Source: Candidatus Parcubacteria bacterium
GTDB lineage: Bacteria > Patescibacteriota > Minisyncoccia > Phycocordibacterales > JBAYGS01
DNA: 27,021 nucleotides
Direction: 5' to 3'
Assembly (NCBI GenBank): GCA_039795895.1
Contig: JBDKKW010000011.1
Span: forward strand, 1-27,021
Positions 8,459-17,168 of the stretch are shown here, one piece after another. The notes beneath the pieces were generated by a model. That model did not search any database and had not been told where the DNA came from. It was given only the letters and a program-made list of their open reading frames with translations. Every line of letters begins with the position of its first letter. The first letter of the stretch is position 1. The position numbers and the translations under genes are program-made.

Positions 8459-8484
8459 ATTAGTAGTTAGACATTAGTAGTTAG
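8459..8484. repeat. Tandem 12-bp direct repeat (attagtagttag x2, 2-bp spacer) in the rpsJ 5' leader
   Basis: Exact copies at 8459-8470 and 8473-8484, 13-38 bp upstream of the rpsJ start codon. Confidence 0.5.
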
Positions 8485-8535
8485 TAAAGAGGAAAATTCA
8501 CGCTTCACAAACTACACACATCTATCAACTACAAT

Positions 8536-9729
8536 TTATTTAGTAATTTTAGTAACAACACCTGCGCCCACTGTCTTACCACCCTCTCGGATCGCAAAGC
8601 GCATCTTCTCTTCAAGTGCGATTGGAGCTACCAATTTCACGTTGAAAGTCACGGTGTCGCCTGGCATAACCATTTCAACACCAGTTGCTAGGGTTACTTC
8701 ACCAGTCACATCAGTTGTTCGGATGTAGAACTGTGGCTTGTAGCCGTTGAAGAATGGAGTGTGTCGGCCACCTTCCTCTTTCTTCAAGATATACACTTCA
8801 CCTGAGAATTCAGTATGTGGCTTGGTGGTTCCTGGCTTGCAGAGCACCTGACCTCGAGTCACATCTTCCTTCTTGGTACCTCGGAGGAGCACGCCGGCAT
8901 TGTCGCCTGCCTGACCATCCGGAAGAGACTTGTTGAACATTTCGATACCAGTGACCGCAGTCTTTGCGATATCACGGAGACCAACGATTTCAACTTCCTC
9001 ACCTACCTTGATAGTACCTCGTTCGATACGACCGGTTACTACAGTACCTCGGCCTTCGATTGAGAAGATGTCTTCAATAGGCATCAAGAATGGCTTGTCG
9101 ATTTCTCGAACTGGGAGTGGGATATAGGTATCGAGCGCATTCATCAATTCATCGATTTTTGCAACCCATACTGGATCACCTTCGATAGCTTTGAGAGCAG
9201 AACCACGGATAACCGGAGTTGCCTTGCCATCGAAACCGTACTTGTTCAAAAGCTCACGGATTTCTTCTTCAACGAGGTCGATAAGGTCCTTGTCTGGCAC
9301 CATATCACACTTGTTGAGGAACACCACGATCGTAGGCACACCCACCTGCTTTGCAAGCAAGATGTGTTCCTTGGTCTGTGGCATAGGGCCGTCCACTGCT
9401 GACACCACGAGAATCGCACCGTCCATTTGAGCGGCACCGGTGATCATGTTCTTCACATAGTCAGCGTGTCCTGGACAGTCGACGTGTGCGTAGTGACGAG
9501 CCGCAGTTGAGTACTCAACGTGCGAAATCGCAATGGTGATAATCTTTGATGGATCACGACGACCTTCTTTTTCAGAAGCCTTCGCAACCTGATCGTAACT
9601 AACAATGTTTGCAAGACCCTTCTTTGACTGGATCGTAGTGATCGCAGAGGTCAAAGTAGTCTTACCATGGTCCACGTGACCGATGGTTCCCACATTTACG
9701 TGAGGCTTGTCTCGTTTAAATTCTGCCAT
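8536..9729 (-). CDS. tuf: Elongation factor Tu
   Basis: The sequence [27 protein letters not shown]...[26 protein letters not shown]...NKCD is unmistakable EF-Tu. The ORF track's 30-aa upstream extension (to 9819) has no homology, so the start is taken at the ATG at 9729 (397 aa). Confidence 0.95.
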   Translation of the reverse strand: MAEFKRDKPHVNVGTIGHVDHGKTTLTSAITTIQSKKGLANIVSYDQVAKASEKEGRRDPSKIITIAISHVEYSTAARHYAHVDCPGHADYVKNMITGAAQMDGAILVVSAVDGPMPQTKEHILLAKQVGVPTIVVFLNKCDMVPDKDLIDLVEEEIRELLNKYGFDGKATPVIRGSALKAIEGDPVWVAKIDELMNALDTYIPLPVREIDKPFLMPIEDIFSIEGRGTVVTGRIERGTIKVGEEVEIVGLRDIAKTAVTGIEMFNKSLPDGQAGDNAGVLLRGTKKEDVTRGQVLCKPGTTKPHTEFSGEVYILKKEEGGRHTPFFNGYKPQFYIRTTDVTGEVTLATGVEMVMPGDTVTFNVKLVAPIALEEKMRFAIREGGKTVGAGVVTKITK

Positions 9730-9888
9730 AAGTTTTGATTCATTCGGAGAACTCATCGCGCGAGAACGCTCTATGAATTCTTCACCTGAATTAATAAGGC
9801 TAATTAGTAATGTACGCACATAAAAGACTCAGTGCACAATTTCAAAGAGAGAAATTAAGAACGAGTACGTTTTAAACGCGTATCCGCC

Positions 9889-9916
9889 ATTGTAGCAGAA
9901 GGAAAAGAGAAGTCAA
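9889..9916 (-). promoter_or_regulatory. Sigma70-like promoter candidate (TTGACT-N16-TACAAT on the minus strand), about 160 nt upstream of tuf
   Basis: The plus strand has attgta at 9889-9894 and agtcaa at 9911-9916 with a 16-nt spacer. On the minus strand these are near-consensus -35 and -10 hexamers oriented toward tuf. Confidence 0.4.
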
Positions 9917-9981
9917 ATTTTGCGGACAGAAGCCAGATTCAAGAATTAAGAATTATGATTCATGAATAAGAAAAGATCCTA

Positions 9982-9991
9982 CCCCCCCCCC
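9982..9991. repeat. Homopolymeric C10 tract (G10 on the minus strand) in the tuf-upstream intergenic region
   Basis: Ten consecutive C's read directly. Forms part of the imperfect hairpin cccccgaaa ... tttcggggg. Confidence 0.6.
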
Positions 9992-10074
9992 GAAAAACGA
10001 GGACTTCTTTCGGGGGATTTAACACACTATGCGTATAGTGTATACTTCTAGTACAAAGTGCCGAAAGGCTCCGA

Positions 10075-10100
10075 GAAACCCCACCTAACGGTGGGGTTTC
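10075..10100. terminator. Hairpin gaaaccccacc taac ggtggggtttc (11-bp stem) 17 nt beyond the stop of the aspartic-protease gene
   Basis: Perfect stem. Followed on the plus strand by gagtttt. Terminator-like, but the T-run is weak in the minus orientation. Confidence 0.35.
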
Positions 10101-10116
10101 GAGTTTTAACAAAGAC

Positions 10117-10518
10117 TTATTCTCTTCTTTTTAATTCTACTTCCCCCTTGATTAAATCGAATTTAACAACAAAATTATCAAAAAAGCCTTTTTGTCCGAC
10201 TAGTCCGTATGGCATTACTCTTCCCGCAACATCTGGCATAAATCCAGCATCGATAGTGTATGACCATCCTCCGACTTCAATATCAAGTTTATGAAGATAA
10301 TAGACTGAGGCTTTTCCTCCAACACCAAATACCTCTTTCATTTTTCCACTTTGAATATCAATACCAATAGCTTCACCTATTTCTGCATCAAAAATACACA
10401 AATCGGCTCCGGAATCTACAAGGACCTCGTATCCAATATTTAAATCACCATTCTTTAATCGAATAGGTACTACAGGTCTGAGAGTATTTTGACCATACTG
10501 TTTATACTGAAATTTCAT
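10117..10518 (-). CDS. Retropepsin-like (clan AA) aspartic protease, 133 aa
   Basis: Carries the catalytic motif LVDSGAD (D-S/T-G-A) at the expected position, about 35 residues from the N-terminus, and a Gly-rich flap-like region. Size is typical of single-domain retropepsin-like proteases that act as homodimers. Confidence 0.65.
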   Translation of the reverse strand: MKFQYKQYGQNTLRPVVPIRLKNGDLNIGYEVLVDSGADLCIFDAEIGEAIGIDIQSGKMKEVFGVGGKASVYYLHKLDIEVGGWSYTIDAGFMPDVAGRVMPYGLVGQKGFFDNFVVKFDLIKGEVELKRRE

Positions 10519-10781
10519 AGCACACCAACATACGAAAGAATACTCTCTGGCATACGAGTCAAAATCGGAGATAGGTTACCTTTTTTGTGCGCTTCTAGTA
10601 AAGCCTCTTTGACCGTTTTACCCACACCCAAAATCGTCTGTTCATCAGACGCAAGTGCCACCCAGAGACCTCTATTTTTCTTATATATTTTAGTCCAATC
10701 AATAGGCATAGTGTCATTATACCCCCCAAAGGATCCTTTGCAAATCAAAGTTCGAAGTATACCCATAATAAAAAGTTTCAT
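10515..10781 (-). CDS. Small protein (64-88 aa) translationally coupled to the aspartic protease (ATGA overlap); possibly a DUF5678-like partner
   Basis: The stop TGA overlaps the protease ATG at 10515-10518. The segment KNRGLWVALASDEQTILGVGKTVKEALLEAHKKG resembles small proteins I recall being paired with retropepsin-like proteases. Start uncertain: M1 or MPIDW. Confidence 0.45.
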   Translation of the reverse strand: MKLFIMGILRTLICKGSFGGYNDTMPIDWTKIYKKNRGLWVALASDEQTILGVGKTVKEALLEAHKKGNLSPILTRMPESILSYVGVL

Positions 10782-10796
10782 AATTTATGCCAAACC

Positions 10797-11051
10797 TTGT
10801 ATCATATAGTGATGAAAAGAAAAAGCTGGCCGAAAGGCAAAAATGGATGGTGCTTCGCTACTATAAACGGGAGACTCGGTGAAATCTTCTTCGAAACCGC
10901 CGGGGGCTTATCGAGTATATTTGCGCATTGTTATGTCGATCGGAAAGAATTTAAGACGAAACAAGAGCAAGAAATGATCGATACTGACATCAAAAGAAAT
11001 CGCTTCACATATCGGAACAAGAAGTATACACAAAAAATAAAAGGTGCCTGA
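10797..11051 (+). CDS. Possible small basic protein (84 aa), the only plus-strand candidate; weak
   Basis: ORF in an otherwise 280-nt gap. TATAGT hexamer immediately upstream. A weak hairpin (aaaagg..cctttt) overlaps the stop. No homology recognised. Confidence 0.2.
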   Translation: MYHIVMKRKSWPKGKNGWCFATINGRLGEIFFETAGGLSSIFAHCYVDRKEFKTKQEQEMIDTDIKRNRFTYRNKKYTQKIKGA

Positions 11052-11063
11052 ATCCTTTTATTC

Positions 11064-12722
11064 CTAATTAGTTAGCGTAATAAAACCAACAAACTGCCCT
11101 CCAAAATTCACTTGATGTTGTCCCAACCAAGAATCTTTTGGTTTAAACCTGATTTCTGTATTATTCCAAGAAATTATTTCAACTTCTTTATTTGATATAG
11201 TAATCCTGTCACCATACACCGGTGTATCAGTAAAATTATTTCCACCCAACGTAAATACCGTATTCAAATTACCTGTATTCGGAACCAGTCCACCAAAAGT
11301 CACTTGGGCACGCACACAACTACCAATAGATTGATCTGACAGCTGATACCCAGTCTTACAAAAGACCTTCTCACACATACCGTCTTTCAATTTTGAGTTA
11401 TAAATATTTTTTATTTCCTGATACGAAGTTTGCCCCTGTAACAATTGATACCCCGCATTTGCCTTAGTTAGTGCATCACTAAACAATGCCCGTGATTGAT
11501 CTAAATTAGTTCTAGGAAACACAAGGCTATTGTAAACAAATATCTTCTGATCATTAGTCAGAAGACTATACGCAGAAAGAGTAGTATCATAGGCTGTCGC
11601 ATAATCATCTAACCCTTCCAATACCCCTGATTTAAGCAAAGATAACACGTCATCACCCAAACTTACACTTAATCCATTTATTTTATCTTTTGCTTCAGAG
11701 ATCGTCCGATAATAAGACTTTTGTGCGGCAACCATTTTATGGTATCCATAATCAAAATCAAATTGTCCATCAAGCTTACCGTCAACTGACTGATTATAAC
11801 TTTTCATAACATCAACCAGTGCAGTCAGAATATTTCCATAATCTCTATCGAAAATCGAGAAGCTACCCTTAATAGACTCACACATCGTGGCTTTGCCTGT
11901 ATCTAAGGAACTAATTTTGTTTGGTAGTGATGAAATAACAACCCCTTTTTGAAGAGATAAAATCTCAGCTTTGGCAACGTTAATTGGAATAGCTAATTTT
12001 ATAGTCTCTCCAATCTGAATCCCTTGCGCAGAACTTCCATAAACAGCTGAATTGATACCCACTACTTGTCCATATCTATTAACCAAAGGTCCCCCGCTAT
12101 TTCCGGGATGAATTTCGGCTGAAGTCTCAAGATATCTATCAACTCTACGTGAAATTGTTCCCTCTTTAAAACTAACGTCCCCTTTTATACCGAAGGGAAA
12201 ACCCAATGTAAACACCTCATCACCTTGTTCCACCTTCTCCGAATCACCTAGATCGACTTTAGAAAAATTCTTTTCTGAGTCGATTTTTAGTATCGCAATA
12301 TCAACATCCTCATCTCGACCAGTTACTTTCGCCAAAAAAGTCTCTCCACTAGAAATCGAGATATTTGCCATACTAACCCCTTGTACCACATGAGCATTAG
12401 ATAACACGTATCCGTCAGCACTGACTATCATTCCACTCCCCTTACCATTTTCGGTTTCAATATACACCACCGCAGGCTTCACTTTTTTGATTATCTGCCC
12501 ATTAGTAAGTTTTGTAGGCACAGTTGGAACTAAAGGCTTTTTTACAACCGTAGTAGTTGCCATAAACTTACTGGGAGATGTCGGCTGGGTTGTTGTCGCT
12601 TGTTTCTGATTAGTACCAAAAGAAATCTGGACTTTCCAAGTCAGAGGATTCCACCACGCCGCAAAAAGTAGATTTGGAGCAAGAAGGCTAACTGCAATGA
12701 CCGTTGCCAGAGTTCGATTCAT
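11064..12722 (-). CDS. Secreted trypsin-like (S1C/HtrA-type) serine protease with a Cys-containing C-terminal region of about 300 aa of unknown type
   Basis: N-terminal hydrophobic signal/anchor. Catalytic triad context: SNAHVV (His), DVDIAILK (Asp), GNSGGPLV (Ser). No PDZ-like sequence recognised by eye. The C-terminus contains CESIKG and C..FC...C Cys clusters. Confidence 0.8.
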   Translation of the reverse strand: MNRTLATVIAVSLLAPNLLFAAWWNPLTWKVQISFGTNQKQATTTQPTSPSKFMATTTVVKKPLVPTVPTKLTNGQIIKKVKPAVVYIETENGKGSGMIVSADGYVLSNAHVVQGVSMANISISSGETFLAKVTGRDEDVDIAILKIDSEKNFSKVDLGDSEKVEQGDEVFTLGFPFGIKGDVSFKEGTISRRVDRYLETSAEIHPGNSGGPLVNRYGQVVGINSAVYGSSAQGIQIGETIKLAIPINVAKAEILSLQKGVVISSLPNKISSLDTGKATMCESIKGSFSIFDRDYGNILTALVDVMKSYNQSVDGKLDGQFDFDYGYHKMVAAQKSYYRTISEAKDKINGLSVSLGDDVLSLLKSGVLEGLDDYATAYDTTLSAYSLLTNDQKIFVYNSLVFPRTNLDQSRALFSDALTKANAGYQLLQGQTSYQEIKNIYNSKLKDGMCEKVFCKTGYQLSDQSIGSCVRAQVTFGGLVPNTGNLNTVFTLGGNNFTDTPVYGDRITISNKEVEIISWNNTEIRFKPKDSWLGQHQVNFGGQFVGFITLTN

Positions 12723-12728
12723 AAGTAA

Positions 12729-12977
12729 TTAATATTTATACGGATCTACCGTCCCGCTCTTTCCAGTATATGGATTATAATTCCCTTTTGCTGAGAAATT
12801 ATCAATTTTGGTTCTATTTGGAGTGGTTTTATAATGCGGAGCGACGTAAGTACCAGTAGACCGTTTGTAATATCCTCGAACACGAGTAGTTCGAGCTTCT
12901 GCGGACATCGAAAAGGATAGGAGTCCTATAGCAAAAAGAGTAAGTAATATTTTTTTCACAGTAATACTACTGTACAT
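12729..12977 (-). CDS. Small secreted protein (82 aa, signal peptide) immediately upstream of the serine protease (6-nt gap)
   Basis: KKILLTLFAIGLLSFSMSAEA signal-peptide-like N-terminus. Tyr/Lys/Thr-rich mature part. Probably co-transcribed with the protease. Confidence 0.5.
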   Translation of the reverse strand: MYSSITVKKILLTLFAIGLLSFSMSAEARTTRVRGYYKRSTGTYVAPHYKTTPNRTKIDNFSAKGNYNPYTGKSGTVDPYKY

Positions 12978-13003
12978 CTTTTGTAGTCATAATACAAGAC
13001 AAC

Positions 13004-13029
13004 AAAAAATCCCCTCTTGGGGATTTTTT
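13004..13029. terminator. Bidirectional hairpin terminator (aaaaaatcccc tctt ggggatttttt) 8 nt after the fusA stop
   Basis: Perfect 11-bp stem with A/T tracts forming both arms, so U-tracts occur in either orientation. Confidence 0.6.
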
Positions 13030-13037
13030 GTTTTAAA

Positions 13038-15179
13038 TTATTTCTTCGATTCCGCAATCAACTTCTCAATATTCGGAGGTACGATATCGTAGTGTGAGAA
13101 TTCCATTGTTGAACTCGCACGACCTTCAGACATCGAACGGAGGGTGGTCACATAGCCGAACATTTCAGAGAGAGGTACCTTGGCAGTAATCACCTTGTTC
13201 ATACCTCGGTCAGACATACTCTCGATCTGTCCGCGCTTTGAAGACAAGTGACCAGTGAGGTCTCCCATGAATTTGTCTGGGGTTACCACTTCCACTTTCA
13301 TAATCGGCTCGAGTACTACCGGTCGAGCACGCTTTGCTGCTTCTTGGAGTGCCATTGAGCCGGCAATCTTGTACGCGATTTCAGATGAGTCCACATCGTG
13401 GTATGAACCGAAGGTGAGTTCGCAAGAAACATTCACCAGCTTGTAGCCAGCGACCACTCCGCGTTCCATTCCCTCTTTCACACCCTTTTCAACTGCAGGA
13501 ATAAATTCTTGTGGAATCACACCTCCCTTGGTTGAATCGATAAATTCAAACTCATCGTAGCGCTTCACGTTCTTTGGAACCTTCTTGCCTTCTTCAAGCG
13601 GTTGCATAGGTCGGATCGTAATCTTGACGTGACCGTACTGACCCTTACCTCCAGACTGCTTGATGTACTTGTGTTCAGCTTCAGCTTCGGTGGTAATGGT
13701 TTCCTTGTAGGCTACTTGTGGCTTGCCGACATTAGCTTCGACGCCGAATTCACGCTTCATACGATCGACGATAATTTCAAGGTGGAGTTCTCCCATACCC
13801 ATGATCACCGTCTCGCCAGTCTCGGCATCAGACTTGATTTTAAATGTTGGATCTTCATCAGAAAGACGCTTGAGTGCGTAGCCCATCTTTTCTTGATCGG
13901 CTTTGGTCTTCGGCTCAATCTTGAGCGAGATCACCGGCTCAGGGAAGACGATTTGGTCGAGAATAACTGGATTATTTTCATCACAGAAGGTGTGCGAGGT
14001 GCGTGCATCCTTGAGACCTACCGCCGCGGCGATTTCTCCAGAGAATACTTTCTTTACTTCCTCGCGCTCGTTGGCCTGTAGACGCACGATTCGAGAGAGT
14101 CGTTCGCGAGAACCGGTGGTTGAGTTATACAAATATGAACCAGCTTCGATAGTACCTGAATACACACGGAAGAAAGTGAGCTGACCGACGAATGGATCAT
14201 TTTGGAGCTTGAAAGCGAGAGCAGAAAACGGTTCGCTATCAGATGCGTGACGGACCACAGGTGCTCCGGTGTTTGGATCAATACCAGTCACTGGCGGAAT
14301 GTCGAGTGGAGATGGAAGGTAGTCCACCACGCCATCGAGCACGAGTTGCACACCCTTGTTTTTGAGTGCGGTACCAGTAAAGACCGGCACGAGATTGTTG
14401 GCAATCGTTGCCTTGCGGAGAATTTTCTTGAGCTCTGCAACAGATGGCTCTTTACCATCGAGATATGCTGACATCGCAGCGTCGTCTTGTTCCACAATCT
14501 TTTCGACAAGCACGGCTCGCCACTTCTTTGCCTCATCGAGCACTTCAGCAGGGATTTCATCTTCACGCACGATTTTACCCATCTCCCCTTCAGAGTACAC
14601 GGCTTTCATTTTCAAAAGATCTACCACGCCTTTGAAATTTTCTTCGGCACCGATCGGGATCTGCATACGGATAGCGTGTGGAGTGAGACGCTCAATAATA
14701 GAAGCAAATGATCGTTCAAAAGATGCACCCATTCGGTCGAGCTTGTTGATGAAACAAATACGAGGCACCTTCCCTTCTTCAGCATAGCGCCAGTTGGTCT
14801 CTGACTGTGGCTCTACCCCAGCCACGCCGTCGAACACCACCACTGCACCGTCGAGTACGCGAAGAGAACGCTTTACTTCGGCGGTAAAGTCGATGTGTCC
14901 AGGAGTGTCGATAATATTGAATCGGTGTTTGTACGAAGTATCCGCGCCCATGTAGGTCGGGTTCCAGAAACAAGTAATCGCCGCGGCGGTAATAGTAATA
15001 CCTCGCTCTCGCTCCTGCTCCATCCAGTCGGTGGTCGTGTTACCCTCGTGCACCTCGCCGATTTTGTGTGATTCACCGGTGTAGTACAAGATACGTTCAG
15101 ACGTAGTAGTCTTGCCGGCATCAATATGCGCGATGATTCCGAAATTGCGTACTTTTTCTAGTGGGTAGTCTCGATTCAT
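13038..15179 (-). CDS. fusA: Elongation factor G
   Basis: The sequence [35 protein letters not shown]... is canonical EF-G through all five domains (713 aa). The ORF track's upstream extension is GTG-initiated and contains a terminator hairpin, so it is rejected. Confidence 0.95.
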   Translation of the reverse strand: MNRDYPLEKVRNFGIIAHIDAGKTTTSERILYYTGESHKIGEVHEGNTTTDWMEQERERGITITAAAITCFWNPTYMGADTSYKHRFNIIDTPGHIDFTAEVKRSLRVLDGAVVVFDGVAGVEPQSETNWRYAEEGKVPRICFINKLDRMGASFERSFASIIERLTPHAIRMQIPIGAEENFKGVVDLLKMKAVYSEGEMGKIVREDEIPAEVLDEAKKWRAVLVEKIVEQDDAAMSAYLDGKEPSVAELKKILRKATIANNLVPVFTGTALKNKGVQLVLDGVVDYLPSPLDIPPVTGIDPNTGAPVVRHASDSEPFSALAFKLQNDPFVGQLTFFRVYSGTIEAGSYLYNSTTGSRERLSRIVRLQANEREEVKKVFSGEIAAAVGLKDARTSHTFCDENNPVILDQIVFPEPVISLKIEPKTKADQEKMGYALKRLSDEDPTFKIKSDAETGETVIMGMGELHLEIIVDRMKREFGVEANVGKPQVAYKETITTEAEAEHKYIKQSGGKGQYGHVKITIRPMQPLEEGKKVPKNVKRYDEFEFIDSTKGGVIPQEFIPAVEKGVKEGMERGVVAGYKLVNVSCELTFGSYHDVDSSEIAYKIAGSMALQEAAKRARPVVLEPIMKVEVVTPDKFMGDLTGHLSSKRGQIESMSDRGMNKVITAKVPLSEMFGYVTTLRSMSEGRASSTMEFSHYDIVPPNIEKLIAESKK

Positions 15180-15227
15180 AAATAAAAATGGGTAATTTAG
15201 ATTAGGTTGCCATAGTAACATATTTGA

Positions 15228-15273
15228 AGAAAAAAGAAACCCCGCAGTAGAAATATGAATTTCTACTGCGGGG
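15228..15273 (-). terminator. Hairpin (ccccgcagtagaaat atga atttctactgcgggg, 15-bp stem) plus T-run, between the small ORF 15296..15493 and the fusA promoter region
   Basis: Perfect 15-bp stem. The minus strand continues tttcttttttcttc. Confidence 0.55.
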
Positions 15274-15295
15274 TGATTCATCAACACCTGTGTTC

Positions 15296-15493
15296 TCAGA
15301 CGAACACGTGTGGGTTTCGATGAGCCCACTCTCGGGAAGCACGTATCGATTCGTGATGCATTGCTTTATCAGGCTCGGTCGATCGTAAGACCTCATCAGA
15401 GACTTCAGCAAAATCAATCTGTTTCAGTCGCCCCTCCAAGACTCGATACTCAGGAGGCAGACTAGGACGCGGAATGAGCGGATGTGTATTCAT
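15296..15493 (-). CDS. Small hypothetical protein (65 aa from MNTHPLIP) bracketed by terminators
   Basis: ATG at 15493. No homology recognised. Discrete unit between terminators 15547-15584 and 15228-15273. Confidence 0.3.
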   Translation of the reverse strand: MNTHPLIPRPSLPPEYRVLEGRLKQIDFAEVSDEVLRSTEPDKAMHHESIRASREWAHRNPHVFV

Positions 15494-15546
15494 AGGTGGT
15501 ATAAGAAAAACTATTCTACACACACACTAGCAAGTAGCGTATAGAC

Positions 15547-15584
15547 TTGCAAGAAAAAGCCGGCGCGATAGGAATCGCGCCGGC
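15547..15584 (-). terminator. Terminator module after ung: GC hairpin gccggcgcgat agga atcgcgccggc followed on the minus strand by TTTTTCTTGCAAG
   Basis: 11-bp stem. Member of a repeated module family (see 18019-18056 and 18828-18863). Confidence 0.6.
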
Positions 15585-15591
15585 CGTATCC

Positions 15592-16257
15592 CTACTCCAC
15601 CCACCGAATCTCCGATTTACCGTGTTTTTTTAAATACTGATTGGTCTTACTAAACGGCTTCGAGCCAAAAAATTGTGTAGCCGAAAAGGGCGACGGATGT
15701 GCCGACTCGAGAATCAAGTGTTTACTCAAATCAATCAATTTTTTCTTCTCTCGAGCGTACCTGCCCCACAAAATAAATACCACGTGTTCTTTCTGGTCTG
15801 AAATAGTCTGTATGACCGCATCGGTAAATGTTTCCCAGCCGTTGTGTTGATGTGACCCCGGACTTCCCGCTCGGACCGTCAGTGTGGCATTGAGCAATAG
15901 CACCCCTTCCCGAGCCCAGTGTTCGAGATTGCCGTGGCTCGGGATTGTCCCACCGACGTCGGTCGCGATTTCTTTGTAAATATTACGAAGCGATGGTGGT
16001 ATTGCTACCCCATGTGGTACCGAAAAAGAGAGGCCGTGCGCCTGACCGACTCCATGATACGGATCTTGTCCAAGGATCACCACCGAGACCTTGTCGAACG
16101 GACACAACTCAAACGCATGAAAAAGAAATTTTGGTGAAGGATAGATTTTGGCAGACAAATACTCTTTTTTAACAAACTCAGTGAGCGTTTGAAAATAGGG
16201 CTTGGTAAACTCTTCTGTCAGTGCCTTTTTCCATGAGGGTTCAATGCGTATTTCCAT
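15592..16257 (-). CDS. ung: Uracil-DNA glycosylase, family 1
   Basis: Motifs GQDPYHGVGQAHGLSFSV (water-activating loop) and ESAHPSPFSA (HPSPLS leucine-intercalation loop analogue). 221 aa from MEIRIEPSWKK. The ORF track's 29-aa extension is rejected. Confidence 0.85.
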   Translation of the reverse strand: MEIRIEPSWKKALTEEFTKPYFQTLTEFVKKEYLSAKIYPSPKFLFHAFELCPFDKVSVVILGQDPYHGVGQAHGLSFSVPHGVAIPPSLRNIYKEIATDVGGTIPSHGNLEHWAREGVLLLNATLTVRAGSPGSHQHNGWETFTDAVIQTISDQKEHVVFILWGRYAREKKKLIDLSKHLILESAHPSPFSATQFFGSKPFSKTNQYLKKHGKSEIRWVE

Positions 16258-16274
16258 AACCACAACAATAGCAC

Positions 16275-16314
16275 AAAAAGAAAACCCCGTAGCAGAGCAG
16301 AGCTCGCTACGGGG
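16275..16314 (-). terminator. Hairpin (ccccgtagc ... gctacgggg) plus T-run after the TMBIM gene; a degenerate copy of the gccggcgcgataggaatcgc module lies at 16321-16340
   Basis: 9-bp stem. The minus strand is followed by ttttctttttgtg. The segment ccgacggcgataggaatcgc resembles half of the repeated hairpin module. Confidence 0.5.
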
Positions 16315-16362
16315 CGGGTGCCGACGGCGATAGGAATCGCACATAGGCAGAATTAAACAGAC

Positions 16363-17031
16363 TCAGTCATCACTACTGGCGCTTCCAAAGATCCGGAGCA
16401 GATTGAGGAAGAGATTGATGACATCAAGGTAGAGATCTACCCCAACATCCACCGCGTTGTCGGCCGTCTTCGCAATACCGCTGGCCCGATGCATATCGTA
16501 GCCAATATAGAGCGAGAAGAGTCCGGCCGCGCAGTAATCAATCACTCCCCACGCCTGCATGGCGGGGACGAACATCTGCACGATGCGGATCACGAGGAGT
16601 CCACACAGAGCCATAAACAACACAGGCCCTAGATGTCGGAAGAGACTCGGAAAACACAATCCGAGGAAGCTCATAAATCCAGTGATACTCATGGTGAGCA
16701 GAAGTGCATTGCGCACCGCATCGGGTTTATACATCTGCACATACGGTCCCAAGATGATGCCATACGGAATGACGATCAAATTATAACCGATGAACGAGAG
16801 GAAGGCGTTGTCGCTCTTGATCGCGATGAAGATGCCGATGATCGGCAACACGAGACCACAAAGAATCACTCCTCCCCACCCCGGCTTGTATTCAGCCTGA
16901 ATCGAGAGATGTGCCGCCAAGGCTGTGAAGCCCAAGCCCCAAATCAGCACCATCCCCAACAACCCGAAGAATGCATTGTCGGTCATTTCATCCCGGCCAC
17001 TGCGATCAAACACACCAGTATTGACGTCCAT
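16363..17031 (-). CDS. TMBIM / Bax-inhibitor-1 / YccA-family membrane protein (7 predicted hydrophobic helices)
   Basis: Multiple hydrophobic segments. The C-terminal signature VDLYLDVINLFLNLLRIFG matches the conserved BI-1 family motif (D..LYLD.INLFL.LL). Start taken at MDVNTG (17031), which has an AAGGA SD 6 nt upstream. Confidence 0.7.
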   Translation of the reverse strand: MDVNTGVFDRSGRDEMTDNAFFGLLGMVLIWGLGFTALAAHLSIQAEYKPGWGGVILCGLVLPIIGIFIAIKSDNAFLSFIGYNLIVIPYGIILGPYVQMYKPDAVRNALLLTMSITGFMSFLGLCFPSLFRHLGPVLFMALCGLLVIRIVQMFVPAMQAWGVIDYCAAGLFSLYIGYDMHRASGIAKTADNAVDVGVDLYLDVINLFLNLLRIFGSASSDD

Positions 17032-17104
17032 AACGAGTCCTTTCTTTTTTGTTTTTGCGGAACTTTCCGTAGATGATAATAGCATATTCAATCAGGAAGT
17101 CAAG

Positions 17105-17141
17105 AATATAAAAAAACCGCGTCGCTATGCAACACGGTTTT
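17105..17141 (-). terminator. Hairpin with G-U wobble (aaaaccgug ... cgcgguuuu) plus T-run after paralog B
   Basis: About 9-bp stem on the minus-strand RNA, followed by tttttttatatt. Confidence 0.4.
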
Positions 17142-17168
17142 GAAACCAACAGAACAAGGACTCACGCC

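Noticed and set aside
9730-9819. 30-aa N-terminal extension of tuf in the ORF track
   Set aside because: No EF-Tu homology. The canonical N-terminus [25 protein letters not shown] begins at 9729.
6470-15215. 'aacctaatct' motif upstream of rplD and fusA as a possible unusual ribosome-binding signal
   Set aside because: Only two occurrences. Other r-protein genes in the window lack it. Too little evidence.
15180-15329. 50-aa N-terminal extension of fusA in the ORF track
   Set aside because: GTG-initiated with no EF-G homology, and it contains the 15240-15273 terminator hairpin. EF-G homology starts exactly at the ATG at 15179.
16633-17076. 147-aa plus-strand ORF
   Set aside because: Antisense within the TMBIM membrane-protein gene. 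His/Arg/Asp-rich low-complexity translation.
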